From: Bacillota bacterium
GTDB taxonomy: Bacteria > Bacillota > JAAYKD01
DNA: 64,000 nt
Direction: 5' to 3'
NCBI GenBank assembly: GCA_963666425.2
Contig: OY762825.2
Location: forward strand, 1,472,001-1,536,000
Each line of letters opens with the position of its first letter. Position 1 is the stretch's first letter. A model generated the notes under the pieces. It saw only the letters and a program-made list of their open reading frames with translations. It made no database searches and was not told where the DNA came from. This document shows positions 9,238 to 23,249 of the stretch, piece by piece. The position numbers were made by a program, and so were the translations under genes.

Positions 9238-10368
9238 CTAGATATGAAACAAATCCACCAATTTATCAGTGGCTTTTAAACCGGAACCGGTCAATTCCAT
9301 AACGGGAATCTCCTCGGCCGCGATCACACCCAAGCGGCGCAGTTTAGCCAGACCCGCCGCCACCACGCCGCTGGTTGGTTCCACGTAAAAACCGGCTGCC
9401 GCCAGGCCTTTCACGCCCTGTAGGATTTCCTCTTCTTCCACCGTTATGATCCGGCCGCCGCTGGCGCGCACCGCCCGCAGCACCGCATCCCCCTTGATCG
9501 GCAGAGCGGAAGCAATTCCCTCCGCCATTGTCTTGCCTTTCGTAATAGCCACCGGACGTTCCAAGCCTTGAGCAAAGGCTTTGGCCAAAGGATCGCAGGC
9601 AGCTGTCTGGACCGCATAGATTTTCGGCAGATGCTTGATCTCTCTGGCGGCCATCAAATCGGTAAAGCCCTGCGCTAAACCCAAGACAAGAGAACCGTTG
9701 CCCACCGGCACGATCACGGAAGAAGGCGCTCTCCAGCCCAGTTGTTCCCAAATTTCATAAGCCAGCGTTTTCACGCCATGCACGAACCAAGGGCTCCAAT
9801 TGTGGCTGGCATAAAAGGTTTGCTCCGCCGCCGCTTCTGCCGCTTTGGTGGTATCTTCTCTGCTGCCTTCCACCTTGGTCAGCTTGGCGCCATACAGCGC
9901 GATTTGCGCTGCTTTGCCGGCTGAAGTATAAGCTGGAATAAAAATGTTGGCCGCGATACCCGCCACCGCACTGTAAGCCGCCACAGAAGCGCCGGCATTT
10001 CCGGAAGAATCCTCAATCAGCTCATGAATATCCCAGCGGCAAAGCTGAGACAGCATCACTGTCGTGCCGCGGTCTTTATAAGAACCGGTCGGCATCATGT
10101 AATCCGCTTTCAAATACGCCTTACCCCAAGGGCCCTGCGCCTGCAGCAAAGGTGTGAACCCTTCTCCCAACGTGACGGCGCGATCGGGTTCTTCAATGGG
10201 CAAAGCCTCGGCATAGCGCCATAAGCTGGCAGGTCCACGGGCAATTTCATCTTTATCAAAATGAGCGTTATATTCCAATGCTAAATAACCACCGCAATGG
10301 CAGCGCCAGCGTGGTTCATTGCTTTCATATTGTTCGCCGCAAACAGAACAGGTCAAAACAGCAGACAT
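9238..10368 (-). CDS. thrC: Threonine synthase-like PLP enzyme (short, Zn-ribbon type)
   Basis: CxxC..CxC N-terminus, TLGEGFTPL, PTGSYKDRG, SSGNAG, LTGSGLK; start moved to MSAVLTC. Confidence 0.8.
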   Translation of the reverse strand: MSAVLTCSVCGEQYESNEPRWRCHCGGYLALEYNAHFDKDEIARGPASLWRYAEALPIEEPDRAVTLGEGFTPLLQAQGPWGKAYLKADYMMPTGSYKDRGTTVMLSQLCRWDIHELIEDSSGNAGASVAAYSAVAGIAANIFIPAYTSAGKAAQIALYGAKLTKVEGSREDTTKAAEAAAEQTFYASHNWSPWFVHGVKTLAYEIWEQLGWRAPSSVIVPVGNGSLVLGLAQGFTDLMAAREIKHLPKIYAVQTAACDPLAKAFAQGLERPVAITKGKTMAEGIASALPIKGDAVLRAVRASGGRIITVEEEEILQGVKGLAAAGFYVEPTSGVVAAGLAKLRRLGVIAAEEIPVMELTGSGLKATDKLVDLFHI

Positions 10369-10517
10369 GAAATTCACTCCTTCATTCACTCCGAATCCTG
10401 AATCTATTTCGTGCCGAAACAGGAGTAATCCTGCCGGAAAACCTAATGTAACAAAGGATTCATTTCTCACTTGGCGAATTAGCAGACAAAGATCAGAAAG
10501 AGAAAGAAGGGCTCAAA

Positions 10518-11090
10518 ATGCAGACGATCCAGACCAGCCGCTTACTCTTACGGGAGTGGCGATCCACAGATGTCGACGATTTATTCGAATATGCCAAAGA
10601 CCCCGATACCGGTCCCAATGCCGGCTGGCAGCCGCACCAAAACAAGGAAGAATCTGCGAAGATCATTGAGATGTTCCAACGGGAACAACAAGTTTGGGCA
10701 ATTGTTGAGCAAAAAGATCAAAAGGTGATCGGCTCCATCGGTTTGCATCAGGATCAGCACCGCCGCAATGACAAGACCCGCATGCTCGGTTACGTCATCG
10801 CTAAAGCCTATTGGGGCAAAGGTTATGCCACCGAAGCCGCCCAGGCGGTTTTGCGTTATGCCTTCACTCAGCTGGAACTGGAGCTTGTCTCCGTCATGCA
10901 CTTTCATTTTAACCTCGCATCCAAACGGGTGATTGAAAAATGCGGCTTCCGCTACGAAGGCACTCTACGCCAGGCAATTCGCTTGTTTGACGGATGTATT
11001 GCAGATGATGTCTGTTACTCTCTGCTGCGTCAAGAATGGCAATTGCTGCAGGCAGACCAGAAATCTTCTCCTGCTGCAACACTCTTATAA
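10518..11090 (+). CDS. GNAT N-acetyltransferase (RimJ/RimL-like)
   Basis: TSRLLLR, LGY....YWGKGYATEA, NLASKRVIEKCGFRYEG. Confidence 0.9.
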   Translation: MQTIQTSRLLLREWRSTDVDDLFEYAKDPDTGPNAGWQPHQNKEESAKIIEMFQREQQVWAIVEQKDQKVIGSIGLHQDQHRRNDKTRMLGYVIAKAYWGKGYATEAAQAVLRYAFTQLELELVSVMHFHFNLASKRVIEKCGFRYEGTLRQAIRLFDGCIADDVCYSLLRQEWQLLQADQKSSPAATLL

Positions 11091-12239
11091 ACCAAAGCGC
11101 AGCATCTGCTGACGATACTGCTCCACTCGCTCGGTATCCACTGCTCCGAGATGGGCAACCCACATTGCCAAAAGCATCCGTCGCTGACGCAATACACGCA
11201 CCGCCCGCAAAAGCCAACAGCACGGCAAGAGAAACGGGAACCTGTGCAGAAAATCATACTGCCCCTGCATATTTTCCCGGTTCAAAAATACTCTTTGAGC
11301 AAAGGCAGCCCAGCGAGTACGCGAATTGAGCGGCTGCTGACGGAAAAGCTGCAGGGCTGAATTTTCGCCGCTGCCATAGGTACCGCAGGAGAAAATAAAG
11401 CTGCCCAATTCTTCAATGACCGGCGGACTCGATCTTTGGCAAAACCACAGCTCCGCCAAATGCTCCAAATTCTGAGCAAACGTGAGAATTCCGGCCCGCT
11501 GCAGCTCCGCTTTGATGAAATGCCAGTCCAAACTGTTTTTATATTTCTCCCGAAAGAGCCAGAGATCCAAAACGGAGCGGATGCCGCTGCCGCCATGCAA
11601 AAAATGATTGGTCAGATGCGCCAGGAGAAAAAGATAAAAACCTTCGTTGCTCAAAGACTTTTGGAATTGATTTTGACTTTCTGGATTGACATATTGCCAA
11701 CCCGGCGAGAAAAAGCGGCTGAGCGGTGAAGCGGAATCAAACAACTGGGGATGAAACTCCAGATGCAAGAAAGGCTGCTTATAAAAAGTGTAATGATTCC
11801 CTCTGCCCGCCACGATGGTTTTGTAACCTCTATCACTCAGGATGGAACGCACCTTATCCATGCTTTCGGTGTGGCACAACAAATCGATGTCCGCCATGCT
11901 GCGCATATCCGGCAGCGGATAAAGTTCGCGCAGGATCCAGCCTTTCAAAGGAACGAAAGAAATCTCTTCTGCCTGCAAAGCCTGGAATATCTCCTGCATT
12001 TCAAAGCTGCGAATTGTCTGCCGCCGCACCTCCCGAAGATGTGCTTCACAAAACAAGTGATAAATCACTGTCTCATTCCGCTGCAAACCATAAAAGAGCA
12101 GGCTTTCCAAACTATGTGCCTTTGCCAACTGATACAGCAGTTGCCAATCTTCCCTATCCTCCGCAAGCATCACCTTTTCCTGTTTCAGCGCGCAGCGCAG
12201 CAACTGCAGAAATGTTTGCTGTAAAGATTCGTTCTCCAA
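11085..12239 (-). CDS. Uncharacterised nucleotidyltransferase family protein (NTP_transf_5-like)
   Basis: PLKG..L..LYP...RSMADIDLL, LEFH..L, HF..GGSGIRSVLDLW, GTYG. Confidence 0.8.
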   Translation of the reverse strand: MENESLQQTFLQLLRCALKQEKVMLAEDREDWQLLYQLAKAHSLESLLFYGLQRNETVIYHLFCEAHLREVRRQTIRSFEMQEIFQALQAEEISFVPLKGWILRELYPLPDMRSMADIDLLCHTESMDKVRSILSDRGYKTIVAGRGNHYTFYKQPFLHLEFHPQLFDSASPLSRFFSPGWQYVNPESQNQFQKSLSNEGFYLFLLAHLTNHFLHGGSGIRSVLDLWLFREKYKNSLDWHFIKAELQRAGILTFAQNLEHLAELWFCQRSSPPVIEELGSFIFSCGTYGSGENSALQLFRQQPLNSRTRWAAFAQRVFLNRENMQGQYDFLHRFPFLLPCCWLLRAVRVLRQRRMLLAMWVAHLGAVDTERVEQYRQQMLRFGL

Positions 12240-12381
12240 TTCCTCAATCCCCTCGCTTTAACTCAACAGTCTTCTACTTCGCCTTCTATTTTGGCTATTT
12301 CTTGCCATTTACCCCCAAACCCTGCCTCTATCCCTGCACCAACTCCACCAATATCAATGATCTAAATAGAAAATTTTACTA

Positions 12382-12960
12382 ATCACCATCAACCTACCGC
12401 CGAGAATGCCGGCGGTATCCCCTTTATCTCCATCAGCCTGCCGCACAGAACACCGGTGGTGTCCTGTAGGCGGCATTTAGCGCAGCTAGCCGCCATAAAG
12501 ATACTGCCGGTGTTTGTACACCGCCCTACATTCGCTCATTCACCCCGTCCCCAGCTCTCATGCTCCTCAATCTCCATCAGCCTGCCGCTCAGAACGCCGG
12601 CGGTGTCCTGTAGGCGACCTATGCGCTCGCGCATGAGACGCCGGAAGGATGCTGCCGGTGTTCGTTATACACACTTCAATAAAATATATCCTACTCGTCC
12701 CCAGCCCTCATGCTCCTCAATCTCCATCAGCCTACCGCTCAGAACGCCGGTGGTGTCCTGTAGGCGGCCTATGCGCTCGCGCATGAGACACCGGAAGGAT
12801 ACTGCCGGTGTTTGTACACCGCCCTACATTCACTCATTCACCCCGTCCCAGCTCTCATGCTCCTCAATCTCCATCAGCCTGCCGCTCAGAACGCCGGCGG
12901 TGTCCTGTAGGCGACCTATGCGCTCGCGCATGAGACGCCGGAAGGATACTGCCGGTGTTC
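12382..12960 (+). repeat. Tandem array of ~117-bp palindromic (REP/REPIN-like) units, period ~147-150 bp
   Basis: Full copies at 12546-12662, 12696-12812 and 12844-12959; 5'-truncated divergent copy at 12426-12514; fragment at 12382-12420; 31-33 bp linkers. Confidence 0.9.
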
Positions 12961-13016
12961 GTTTGCAAGCCTGAAATTCATATATCCCCATCTCCCCGTT
13001 TTCTCTCCGCGTACAT

Positions 13017-13062
13017 AACAAAAGAAAGCATCCAAGCTTACGCATGAATGCTTTCTTTTGTT
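13017..13062 (-). terminator. rRNA operon terminator
   Basis: AACAAAAGAAAGCAT...ATGCTTTCTTTTGTT inverted repeat immediately 3' of 5S. Confidence 0.8.
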
Positions 13063-13066
13063 GTTT

Positions 13067-13183
13067 GCCCGGCAGTTACCTACTCTCCCGGAAGGTTGCC
13101 CTTCGAGTACCATCGGCGTGGGAAGGCTTAACGGCCGTGTTCGGGATGGGAACGGGTGGATCCCTTCCGCTATCGCCACCGGA
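13067..13183 (-). rRNA. rrf: 5S rRNA
   Basis: Reverse complement contains CACCCGTTCCCATCCCGAACACGG and GGGAGAGTAGG. Confidence 0.97.
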
Positions 13184-13332
13184 CTATTCAAGAATGTGGT
13201 CTCCCACACCCTGAAAATTGCATAGAGAAGTCAGTATTTGTCTTTCATTCGTCTAGATTCATTACTCTGCCGTCATCTTGTATTTCTTTTTGCGTCGGGC
13301 TTACAACCTCACTTGCTTTTCGCAAAGCCGTT

Positions 13333-16305
<2,973 letters not shown>

Positions 16306-16465
16306 TTTTCTCTACTTTGCGCGAAAGTTTTATTCCCACCATGTCGCCATGCCGGGTTTTATTCTTTCAGTGAAGTTGTTCCCTTCACTTTTTAATTTAC
16401 TTCCTACGACTTTTCATAAATCCTTCGTTTGTTTTACTTACTGTTTTAAAAGATTTGCTATCTTT

Positions 16466-16487
16466 CTTCTCTATGCAATTTTCAAGG
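16466..16487 (-). other. 23S processing stalk (RNase III), 5' arm; pairs with 13210-13230
   Basis: CTTCTCTATGCAATTTTCA is the reverse complement of TGAAAATTGCATAGAGAAG. Confidence 0.8.
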
Positions 16488-16518
16488 TGCAAGTGTCTCT
16501 CTTTTGGTGAAGGTTTGT

Positions 16519-16594
16519 TGGTGGAGATGAGCGGGATCGAACCGCTGACCCCCTGCTTGCAAGGCAGGTGCTCTCCCAGCTGAGCTACACCCCC
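16519..16594 (-). tRNA. tRNA-Ala(TGC)
   Basis: GGGGGTGTAGCTCAGCTGGGAGAGCACCTGCCTTGCAAGCAGG...CTCCACCA, 76 nt, CCA encoded. Confidence 0.98.
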
Positions 16595-16621
16595 GACTCT
16601 ATTCTTTTTCCACAAATCTTC

Positions 16622-16700
<79 letters not shown>

Positions 16701-16817
16701 CTGTTTTTCTTAAAAAAATTCAGGGTTTGATCCCTGAGAACTAAACAGCGATTGATTGACTGACGAAGCGGATCCGGTATCGATCTTAGAAGTTACCTTC
16801 TTTATGAAAGTGCTCCC

Positions 16818-18335
<1,518 letters not shown>

Positions 18336-18592
18336 TTTCTATTGCAGAGCTAATCTAGCTCTTATTTACGAAATTTTCGTCTTTCGACTACTGGCTTCTT
18401 TTTGCATATCTTGCGATATGACTTTTTTGTAACCCCTTCGATTTCTTGTCACGCACATGACAAGTCCTCTTCGGTCACTCGTTTTTGAATTGACCGGTTC
18501 TTGTTATCTTCGTCTTTTTTCTTTCGCTGTTTAGTTCTCAAGGATCTGTGTCCTCACGTTCCGGTTTACTCTTGTTCCGTGAGTGCTTTGTT

Positions 18593-18621
18593 ATAATACC
18601 TGTTTTCATCTTTTTTGTCAA
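18593..18621 (-). promoter_or_regulatory. rRNA operon SigA promoter
   Basis: TTGACA (18621-18616), 17 bp, TATTAT (18598-18593); A-rich UP-like region upstream. Confidence 0.8.
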
Positions 18622-18847
18622 GCGAATTTCCTTATTTATTTTGTGGGATTCTTATGTCTTGCCAGATAATTGTGAGATTTTTGTTTTATCTGCGTTAATG
18701 CATTTTATTTTACTGTTTCTCTGTCTAATTTTCTAGCCCAGACAGCACATCCCGAGATTTTTCAGGAAGCTTTGCTTGTCAGACAGGAAAAGCCATGCTA
18801 AAAACAGAAGAGTATGGCTATGATTCTATTATTAGGAGGAAATTACA

Positions 18848-19822
18848 ATGCAAGATCACGTTTTACAGCTAAACCAAGCCATCGCAGCCATCACAGCTGC
18901 GCCGGTACGGAATTTTTTCTTTGCAGCCTGCGGTGGTTCTATGGCAAAAATGGAACCCGGGCAGTATTTATTGGAACAGGAAACAGATATTCCGGCTTTT
19001 GTCTATTCATCAAATGAACTGATTCACCGGGCGCCTCATGCTTTGGGCAAAGGCTCTGTGGTGATTTTGTGTTCCACTTCCGGCAACACGCCGGAGACCG
19101 TTGCCGCCGCTCTCTTCGCACGCAATAAGGGTGCCCTGACCATTGGTCTGACGCATAAAGTGGATTCTCCGCTCTGGCAGGCTGCCGAATACAACATTCA
19201 TTATTCCAGCGGTGACGAAGCCGACTGCAGCGAATATAACGCCGCCATGCTCTATCGCCTGCTCTTTGGCGTTCTCAATGTCTGGCAGCCGCAAGCGAAG
19301 TATACCGCCATACTGGATGCGATCATGACTGCTTATCCGGCAGCTTTAGCACGCACCGTTCTGGATCATGCTGCCATTGCCAAAGAATTCGGCCGCAAAC
19401 ATAAGCGGGAAGAAATAATCTATACGATGGGCAGCGGTATCTGCTATTCTGCAGCTTATACCTTCTCGATCTGCATTTTAATGGAGATGCAATGGATTCA
19501 CTCTGCTTCGATCCAAAGTGGGGAATTCTTCCACGGCCCCTTTGAAATTACGGATGACAATGTGCCGATCATTTTGATCAAGAGTATCGATGACACCCGT
19601 CCGCTGGATGAAAGAGCGGAAGCGTTTGCCAAGCAGTTTACCGACAAATTGACGGTTGTAGATGCAGAAGGCTTTTATATGGAAGGAATTCCGCAGGAAA
19701 TGCGTAAGTATTTTGCACCTTTGTTTGTCACCCCTGTGCTGCGCAGTTACGCGGAAGAATTGGGAGCCCAGCGCGGTCATCCGCTTTCTGTTCGCCGCTA
19801 TATGTGGAAAATGGATTATTAA
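18848..19822 (+). CDS. frlB: Fructoselysine/fructosamine-6-phosphate deglycase (SIS domain)
   Basis: ACGGS, SGNTPET, CILMEMQW, SGEFFHGPFE, HPLSVRRYM. Confidence 0.9.
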   Translation: MQDHVLQLNQAIAAITAAPVRNFFFAACGGSMAKMEPGQYLLEQETDIPAFVYSSNELIHRAPHALGKGSVVILCSTSGNTPETVAAALFARNKGALTIGLTHKVDSPLWQAAEYNIHYSSGDEADCSEYNAAMLYRLLFGVLNVWQPQAKYTAILDAIMTAYPAALARTVLDHAAIAKEFGRKHKREEIIYTMGSGICYSAAYTFSICILMEMQWIHSASIQSGEFFHGPFEITDDNVPIILIKSIDDTRPLDERAEAFAKQFTDKLTVVDAEGFYMEGIPQEMRKYFAPLFVTPVLRSYAEELGAQRGHPLSVRRYMWKMDY

Positions 19823-19833
19823 AGGGGAGCATC

Positions 19834-20679
19834 ATGAAATTATTGGCCATTGGTGATAATGTTGTCGATTGTTATTTGCATCAAAAAACCTATTACCCGG
19901 GCGGCAATGCGGTCAATGTTGCCGTCAATTGTCATCGTTTTGGCGGTGATCGAACAGCTTATCTTGGCGTTTTTGGCACCGATCAGAAAGCAGAACATCT
20001 GCAAAACTGTCTGAAGCAAGAAGGGGTAGAATTTGACCGCTGCCGCCGCCTGGTGGGACGCAGCGGAGCTCCCCTGGTTAATTTAGTCGACGGTGACCGT
20101 GTCTTTGTCCGCTCACGCAAAGATACCGCGCAGCATCTGGTGCGCCTGAACTTAACCAAAGCGGATCTCGCTTATCTCGGTGATTTCGATCTGGTCCATA
20201 CCAGCTGTTTTTCTTATTTGGAATCGTTATTACCGGAAATTGCCAGGCGCTGTTTGGTTTCTTACGACTTTTCCACCCATCAGCGGGAAGATTTTTATCT
20301 GCGCCAGGTTTGTCCGCATTTGAAATTTGCTTTCTTCTCCGGAGCGGATTTAACAAAAAGCCAACAAGAAGCGCTGATGGATACGTGTCACGCTTACGGA
20401 ACAGAAATCGTGGGAATTACGATGGGTGTCAAAGGCTCTTATTTCTCACACCGGGGAGAGCGTTTTCAGCACGGTATCGTGCCGGTAGAAGCGGTGGACA
20501 CGCTGGGTGCCGGTGACGCCTTCATCTCCGGGTTCCTGACCGCTTATATTAACAATCAGGGGCAAATGCTGCCGGCGCTCGACGAAGCCGCGGCCAGAGG
20601 CGCTGCCGCCTGCGCTTATTCCGGCGGTTGGGGTTACGGTCATGCCTTTGACGGCGACGAGGAAGACCCCGAATTATAA
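19834..20679 (+). CDS. frlD: Fructoselysine/fructosamine kinase (PfkB family)
   Basis: IGDNVVD.Y....YPGGNAVNVAV, SYDFS, VDTLGAGDAF. Confidence 0.88.
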   Translation: MKLLAIGDNVVDCYLHQKTYYPGGNAVNVAVNCHRFGGDRTAYLGVFGTDQKAEHLQNCLKQEGVEFDRCRRLVGRSGAPLVNLVDGDRVFVRSRKDTAQHLVRLNLTKADLAYLGDFDLVHTSCFSYLESLLPEIARRCLVSYDFSTHQREDFYLRQVCPHLKFAFFSGADLTKSQQEALMDTCHAYGTEIVGITMGVKGSYFSHRGERFQHGIVPVEAVDTLGAGDAFISGFLTAYINNQGQMLPALDEAAARGAAACAYSGGWGYGHAFDGDEEDPEL

Positions 20680-20697
20680 ATAGAAAGGATGAATGTT

Positions 20698-22086
20698 ATG
20701 CTGCCAGGTAAAACCGCAAAGACTGCGATTGAAAAAGAGCGTGCTGCTTTAGAAGCCTTAAGTTTAGAGATTTGGAACCATCCGGAGGGTCCTTTCGCGG
20801 AATACATTGCCAGTCGTGCCATCACGGAATTATTACGAAAAAACGGTTTTCAGGTAGAAGAGGGGTATGCCGGTATCCCGACAGCCATCCGCGCCAGCTG
20901 GGGCAGCGGAAAACCGGTCATCGGTTTTTTGGGCGAATATGATGCCCTCCCCGGCCTCAGCCAAAAACTGCAGACGACACAGGAAGCGGTAGCAGCCGGC
21001 GGTTACGGTCAGGGCTGCGGGCATAACTTGCTGGGTGTTGCCCATGTCGGCGCCGTGATCGGCTTAAAAAACGAAATGGAAGCCGAACAATTGCCCGGAA
21101 CCGTGGTCTTTTATGGCTGCCCTGCCGAAGAAATCCTGACCGGGAAAGGTTACATGGCGCGCGGCGGAGCCTTCCGCGACTTGGATGCCGCTATCGCCTT
21201 CCATCCCGCCAATGTCAATGCCGTATCCGGTCAAAACGTGGGTTTAAATTCGGTCAAGTTTAATTTCCGCGGCCGCACAGCCCATGCCGGTGGGGATCCG
21301 CAAAACGGACGCAGCGCTTTGGATGCCGTAGAATTAACCAACGTTGCCGCCAATTACCTGCGAGAACATGTCACGACGGATGTTCGCATCCACTATATTA
21401 TTACAAACGGCGGTTTAGCGCCCAATATTGTGCCCGATAAAGCGCAGGTTTGGTATTATGTCCGCGCTCCCAAACGGGAACAGGTAGTAGAAGTTTACAA
21501 CCGTTTGGTCAAAGTAGCGGAAGGTGCCGCCATGATGACGGAAACCAGCCTCGAAGTAGAACTTCTGGGCGGCTGCTATCCGATTTTGAACAATCAGGTG
21601 CTGGCCAATGTCATTCAGGACGCCATGCAGGAAACCCCCAGACCGGAATATAGTGCCGAGGAACAGCAGTTCGCGGAAGCGCTCAATGCGACTACCGCTC
21701 AGGAATCGGCCGCTTACCATCAGGCGCTGCACGTTCCGATTGGTGAGGGCATCAGCAGAGATGTGCTGCCGCTCAGCGAAAACAAGGAATACGGCTCCAC
21801 CGATGTCGGTGATGTCGGTCATATCGTACCGACCATTTACTTCTACGCCACTTGCTACAATCTGGCAGCCCCCGGGCACAGCTGGCAAATCACAGCTTGT
21901 TCCGGTTCTTCCATCGGACAAAAGGGCATGCTGTTTGCTGCCAAGGCGATGGCTGTCTTTGGCAGCCGCTTGCTGCGTGAGCCCCAGTTAGTGGCCGCTG
22001 CTAAGACTGAATTTGAGGCCGTGATGGCCGGCAGTGTTTACGAATGTCCGATCCCTGCTGATTTACCGATTCCCGCTGCCAAATAG
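20698..22086 (+). CDS. M20 family amidohydrolase (AbgB-like)
   Basis: GEYDALPGLSQ, GCGHN, PAEE, GRSALDAVEL, GSTDVGDV, PGHSWQ; start at 20698 fits the RBS. Confidence 0.9.
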   Translation: MLPGKTAKTAIEKERAALEALSLEIWNHPEGPFAEYIASRAITELLRKNGFQVEEGYAGIPTAIRASWGSGKPVIGFLGEYDALPGLSQKLQTTQEAVAAGGYGQGCGHNLLGVAHVGAVIGLKNEMEAEQLPGTVVFYGCPAEEILTGKGYMARGGAFRDLDAAIAFHPANVNAVSGQNVGLNSVKFNFRGRTAHAGGDPQNGRSALDAVELTNVAANYLREHVTTDVRIHYIITNGGLAPNIVPDKAQVWYYVRAPKREQVVEVYNRLVKVAEGAAMMTETSLEVELLGGCYPILNNQVLANVIQDAMQETPRPEYSAEEQQFAEALNATTAQESAAYHQALHVPIGEGISRDVLPLSENKEYGSTDVGDVGHIVPTIYFYATCYNLAAPGHSWQITACSGSSIGQKGMLFAAKAMAVFGSRLLREPQLVAAAKTEFEAVMAGSVYECPIPADLPIPAAK

Positions 22087-22100
22087 CCAGGAGGTTCGCC

Positions 22101-23249
22101 ATGCTGTCTGCTCAACAATTAGCCAATTCCTATGTTACGGTCGATTTCGGCAAATTTCAACACAACTTGCAGCGGGTGCAGTCGTATCTGAACCCCGGCA
22201 CGGAATTGATGTTTACCGCTAAATCCAACGGTTATGGTCATGGCTTAACCGAGATGGCGCTTTATGCAGCAGAGCATTGCGGGATTCGCAAAATCGCAAC
22301 CGCAATGATTCTGGAAGCAGTGACGCTGCGGCAAGCTGGCTACACTGGTTTTCTGATGGTGTTGGGAGGAATTCCGCCGGCTGCTCTGCCCGCGGTGGCA
22401 GACTACGATCTGGTCACAGCTTGTTATAATGCAGATTTGGCGGTCCGCTTGAATGAACTGGCAGCAAAAGCCGGTAAAGTGCTGGACATCCATCTCAAAA
22501 TTGACAGCGGCATGCATCGTTTGGGCGTCACACCCGGTGATGAGCTGCAACAGCTCCTGGACGTTTTAAAAAAGCTATCTCATTTACACATCGATGGCTG
22601 CTTTACACATTTGGCGAACGCCGATGAGGCGGATCAGCTTGTCAGCAATCGGCAGTTGGATCTCTTCGATCAAGCCATCGATCAATTGCATGCCAACGGC
22701 ATAGAACCGCGGTGGCTGCATACAGCCGGTTCCGATGCAGTGATCACCTGCCGCCGCAGTCATTATAATCTGGTGCGCCCGGCTGCGATCCTTTATGGCT
22801 ATGATACCGCTGAAGGTCCTTTTAATCGCTTGGGTGTCGAACCCGTCTTGAGTTGGCATGCGGTTGTAACCAATATCCGCACCGTTCAGCCTGGTGAAGC
22901 TGCCGGCTATAGCGGCTTTTATCGGCCAACCCAAGCCACTCGTCTGGCGATTGTCGGGTTCGGCGCCAGCGATGGTTACCTGCGTGCGCTGGTCAGTCAG
23001 GAACCAAACAAGAATGGCTATGTTCTGATTCATGGTCAAAAGGCGGCAGTGGTCGCTATTTGCATGGACCAAAGCTTTGTCGATATTTCGCAGATCCCGG
23101 AAACCAAGATCGGCGATACGGTAACCGTGCTGGGCAGCGATCAATCGCTCAGCGTGACTGCCTATGAGTTGAAAGCGCTCAGTCATACCACCATTGGTTA
23201 TGTTTTAGCATCGATCAGCTCCCGTCCGCCGCGGATTTATCTCAATTAG
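22101..23249 (+). CDS. alr: Alanine racemase family PLP racemase (divergent)
   Basis: AKSNGYGHG (PLP Lys), HLKIDSGMHRLG, THLA, VRP, GY (catalytic Tyr), CMDQ. Confidence 0.8.
   Translation: MLSAQQLANSYVTVDFGKFQHNLQRVQSYLNPGTELMFTAKSNGYGHGLTEMALYAAEHCGIRKIATAMILEAVTLRQAGYTGFLMVLGGIPPAALPAVADYDLVTACYNADLAVRLNELAAKAGKVLDIHLKIDSGMHRLGVTPGDELQQLLDVLKKLSHLHIDGCFTHLANADEADQLVSNRQLDLFDQAIDQLHANGIEPRWLHTAGSDAVITCRRSHYNLVRPAAILYGYDTAEGPFNRLGVEPVLSWHAVVTNIRTVQPGEAAGYSGFYRPTQATRLAIVGFGASDGYLRALVSQEPNKNGYVLIHGQKAAVVAICMDQSFVDISQIPETKIGDTVTVLGSDQSLSVTAYELKALSHTTIGYVLASISSRPPRIYLN

Noticed and set aside
12426-12960. CRISPR array
   Set aside because: Repeats of ~117 bp are far longer than CRISPR repeats, two of three linkers are near identical, and no cas genes are present
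12456-12974. 172-aa repetitive ORF
   Set aside because: It is simply a translation of the GC-rich palindromic repeats with no RBS; frame preservation may be chance
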